A stretch of 64,000 nucleotides of DNA from Selaginella moellendorffii (Eukaryota > Plantae > Lycopodiophyta). The notes below the pieces were generated by a model that made no database searches, was not told the DNA's origin, and saw only the letters and a program-made list of their open reading frames with translations. Where the stretch lies: assembly GCF_000143415.4 (NCBI RefSeq), contig NW_003314269.1, positions 458,401-522,400 on the forward strand. Direction: 5' to 3'. This document shows positions 62,877 to 64,000 of this stretch, piece by piece. The translations under genes and the position numbers were made by a program. How positions within the stretch are numbered: the stretch's first letter is position 1; every line of letters begins with the position of its first letter.

Positions 62877-63338
62877 GCGCGCGCGAGAGAGAAAGGTTTG
62901 CACGATCTTGTTTGTGCTGATCAAAGCCTGCGAGGTTTTCTTTTGTCTTTCCAACCCAAGAACTTTAATGAAGGGACTATGATCTTTCAGCCATCTTGTA
63001 CTACAGATTAAGAGCAGTGAGTGAAGATGGAACAAGTCAAAGTTTGTGGGGTTTGGAAGAATAAAGTTGAAAATGACGGTGAGCTTTTTGCCTGTTTGGA
63101 TCTGATTTCGATATTTTTACAAAGTAAAACCTTAGAACGTAGTGTTGATCTTGAGTGATTTTGTGGTGTTCTTGTTTGTTACATGAAGTAGAAAAGTACC
63201 AAGATTTTTTGTTTTTTTATCCTTGATCTTGATGGATGATTTTTTGGTACCACGCAACAGCTTTTTTTCCATTTTTGTTTCTTCCCAATCTAGAAAGGTA
63301 CAATGATCTACCAATGCAAGCTAACTATTCCATTAATC

Positions 63339-63842
63339 TCACGCAAAACTCTCCACAGCCAGCTTGGACCACATCACCAGCAATCTCTCCAAGCCTCCTC
63401 CATTCTTCCCGGGCTTTTGATCTCCAGAGCTCTTGAGCAGCGATCCTTGATCCTGGCGATGGATCGTCTCTCGCGGGCGATCCCCATTGCTGGCGTAGAG
63501 CTCGAGCTTCGCTTGCGCCTCCTCCAGTCTCCTCTCCACCGCCGCAAATTCCTCCGCCAAGCGCTGGAGATCTCGCGAGTGAGCCGATCGCTCCATCTCC
63601 AATTGCTCCTTGTGGGCTCGGCTCTGCTCCATGTACTCCACCTCCAGCTGCCCCAGCTGCGCGCACAGACGCTCCTCCGCCTCCTCCAGCTTCCGCTCCT
63701 CGATCCTCATGAGATCGATCTTCTTCCACAGCGATTCCTCGCGCGCCCTGCTCGATGCCAGCGCCCTCTCCAGCTTCTGATTCCTCTCCGCCACCGATCG
63801 CAGCTCTTCCGTGAGCGCGATCTCTCTCTCTGCCATTGCCAT
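63339..63842 (-). CDS. Coiled-coil protein (whole ORF, or last exon of a gene starting beyond the window)
   Basis: 167-aa E/R/L-rich heptad ORF preceded by a splice acceptor at ~63850. Confidence 0.65.
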   Translation of the reverse strand: MAMAEREIALTEELRSVAERNQKLERALASSRAREESLWKKIDLMRIEERKLEEAEERLCAQLGQLEVEYMEQSRAHKEQLEMERSAHSRDLQRLAEEFAAVERRLEEAQAKLELYASNGDRPRETIHRQDQGSLLKSSGDQKPGKNGGGLERLLVMWSKLAVESFA

Positions 63843-64000
63843 TTCGCTCTGCGATGGAATCGATGTGTAAGAATAGCAGAGTTTCTACGCGCAAACCAAG
63901 GTCCTATTTATTGGGAACCAACCTGAGATCTTCCGTTCTGGAAAACGCGCGCGTTCAACGGTCCTGATTGACTGGAGAAGTTTCGCGCCACAAGCCAGTC

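Overview
This is gene-dense eukaryotic plant nuclear DNA, not prokaryotic. Short (~50-80 nt) GT-AG introns, tight head-to-head gene pairs and intronless PLS-class PPR genes built from 31-aa SS-type repeats point to a lycophyte such as Selaginella (inference). About 25 genes can be read: three PPR-E editing factors, UBP26, an F-box gene, a group IIc WRKY, a class III peroxidase, a C2-domain gene, PTST3, CRR1, two tandem extensins, a TDY-type MAPK, a GDSL lipase, VDR, ALG5, a DRN/ESR-like AP2/ERF, polyprenol reductase, a CBS/SnRK1-gamma-like gene, RPL18a and tRNA-Ile(UAU). There are three assembly gaps. The most interesting items are absent from, or fragmented in, the ORF track. (1) A spliced gene with a mitochondrial-type presequence that keeps only the N-terminal RT0-RT1 piece of a group II intron maturase ('mini-maturase', 21700-22858, minus). 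(2) A divergent PLATZ zinc-finger protein at the left edge with KLFGV, RVxF and D-box motifs, under a triplicated promoter module. (3) An APRR2-type receiver+GARP+GCT-box pseudogene (60094-61881, minus). (4) An extensin duplication with a mutated TATA box, an inverted promoter copy and an adjacent CpG-free tract. All family calls come from manual translation and motif recall; no searches were run.
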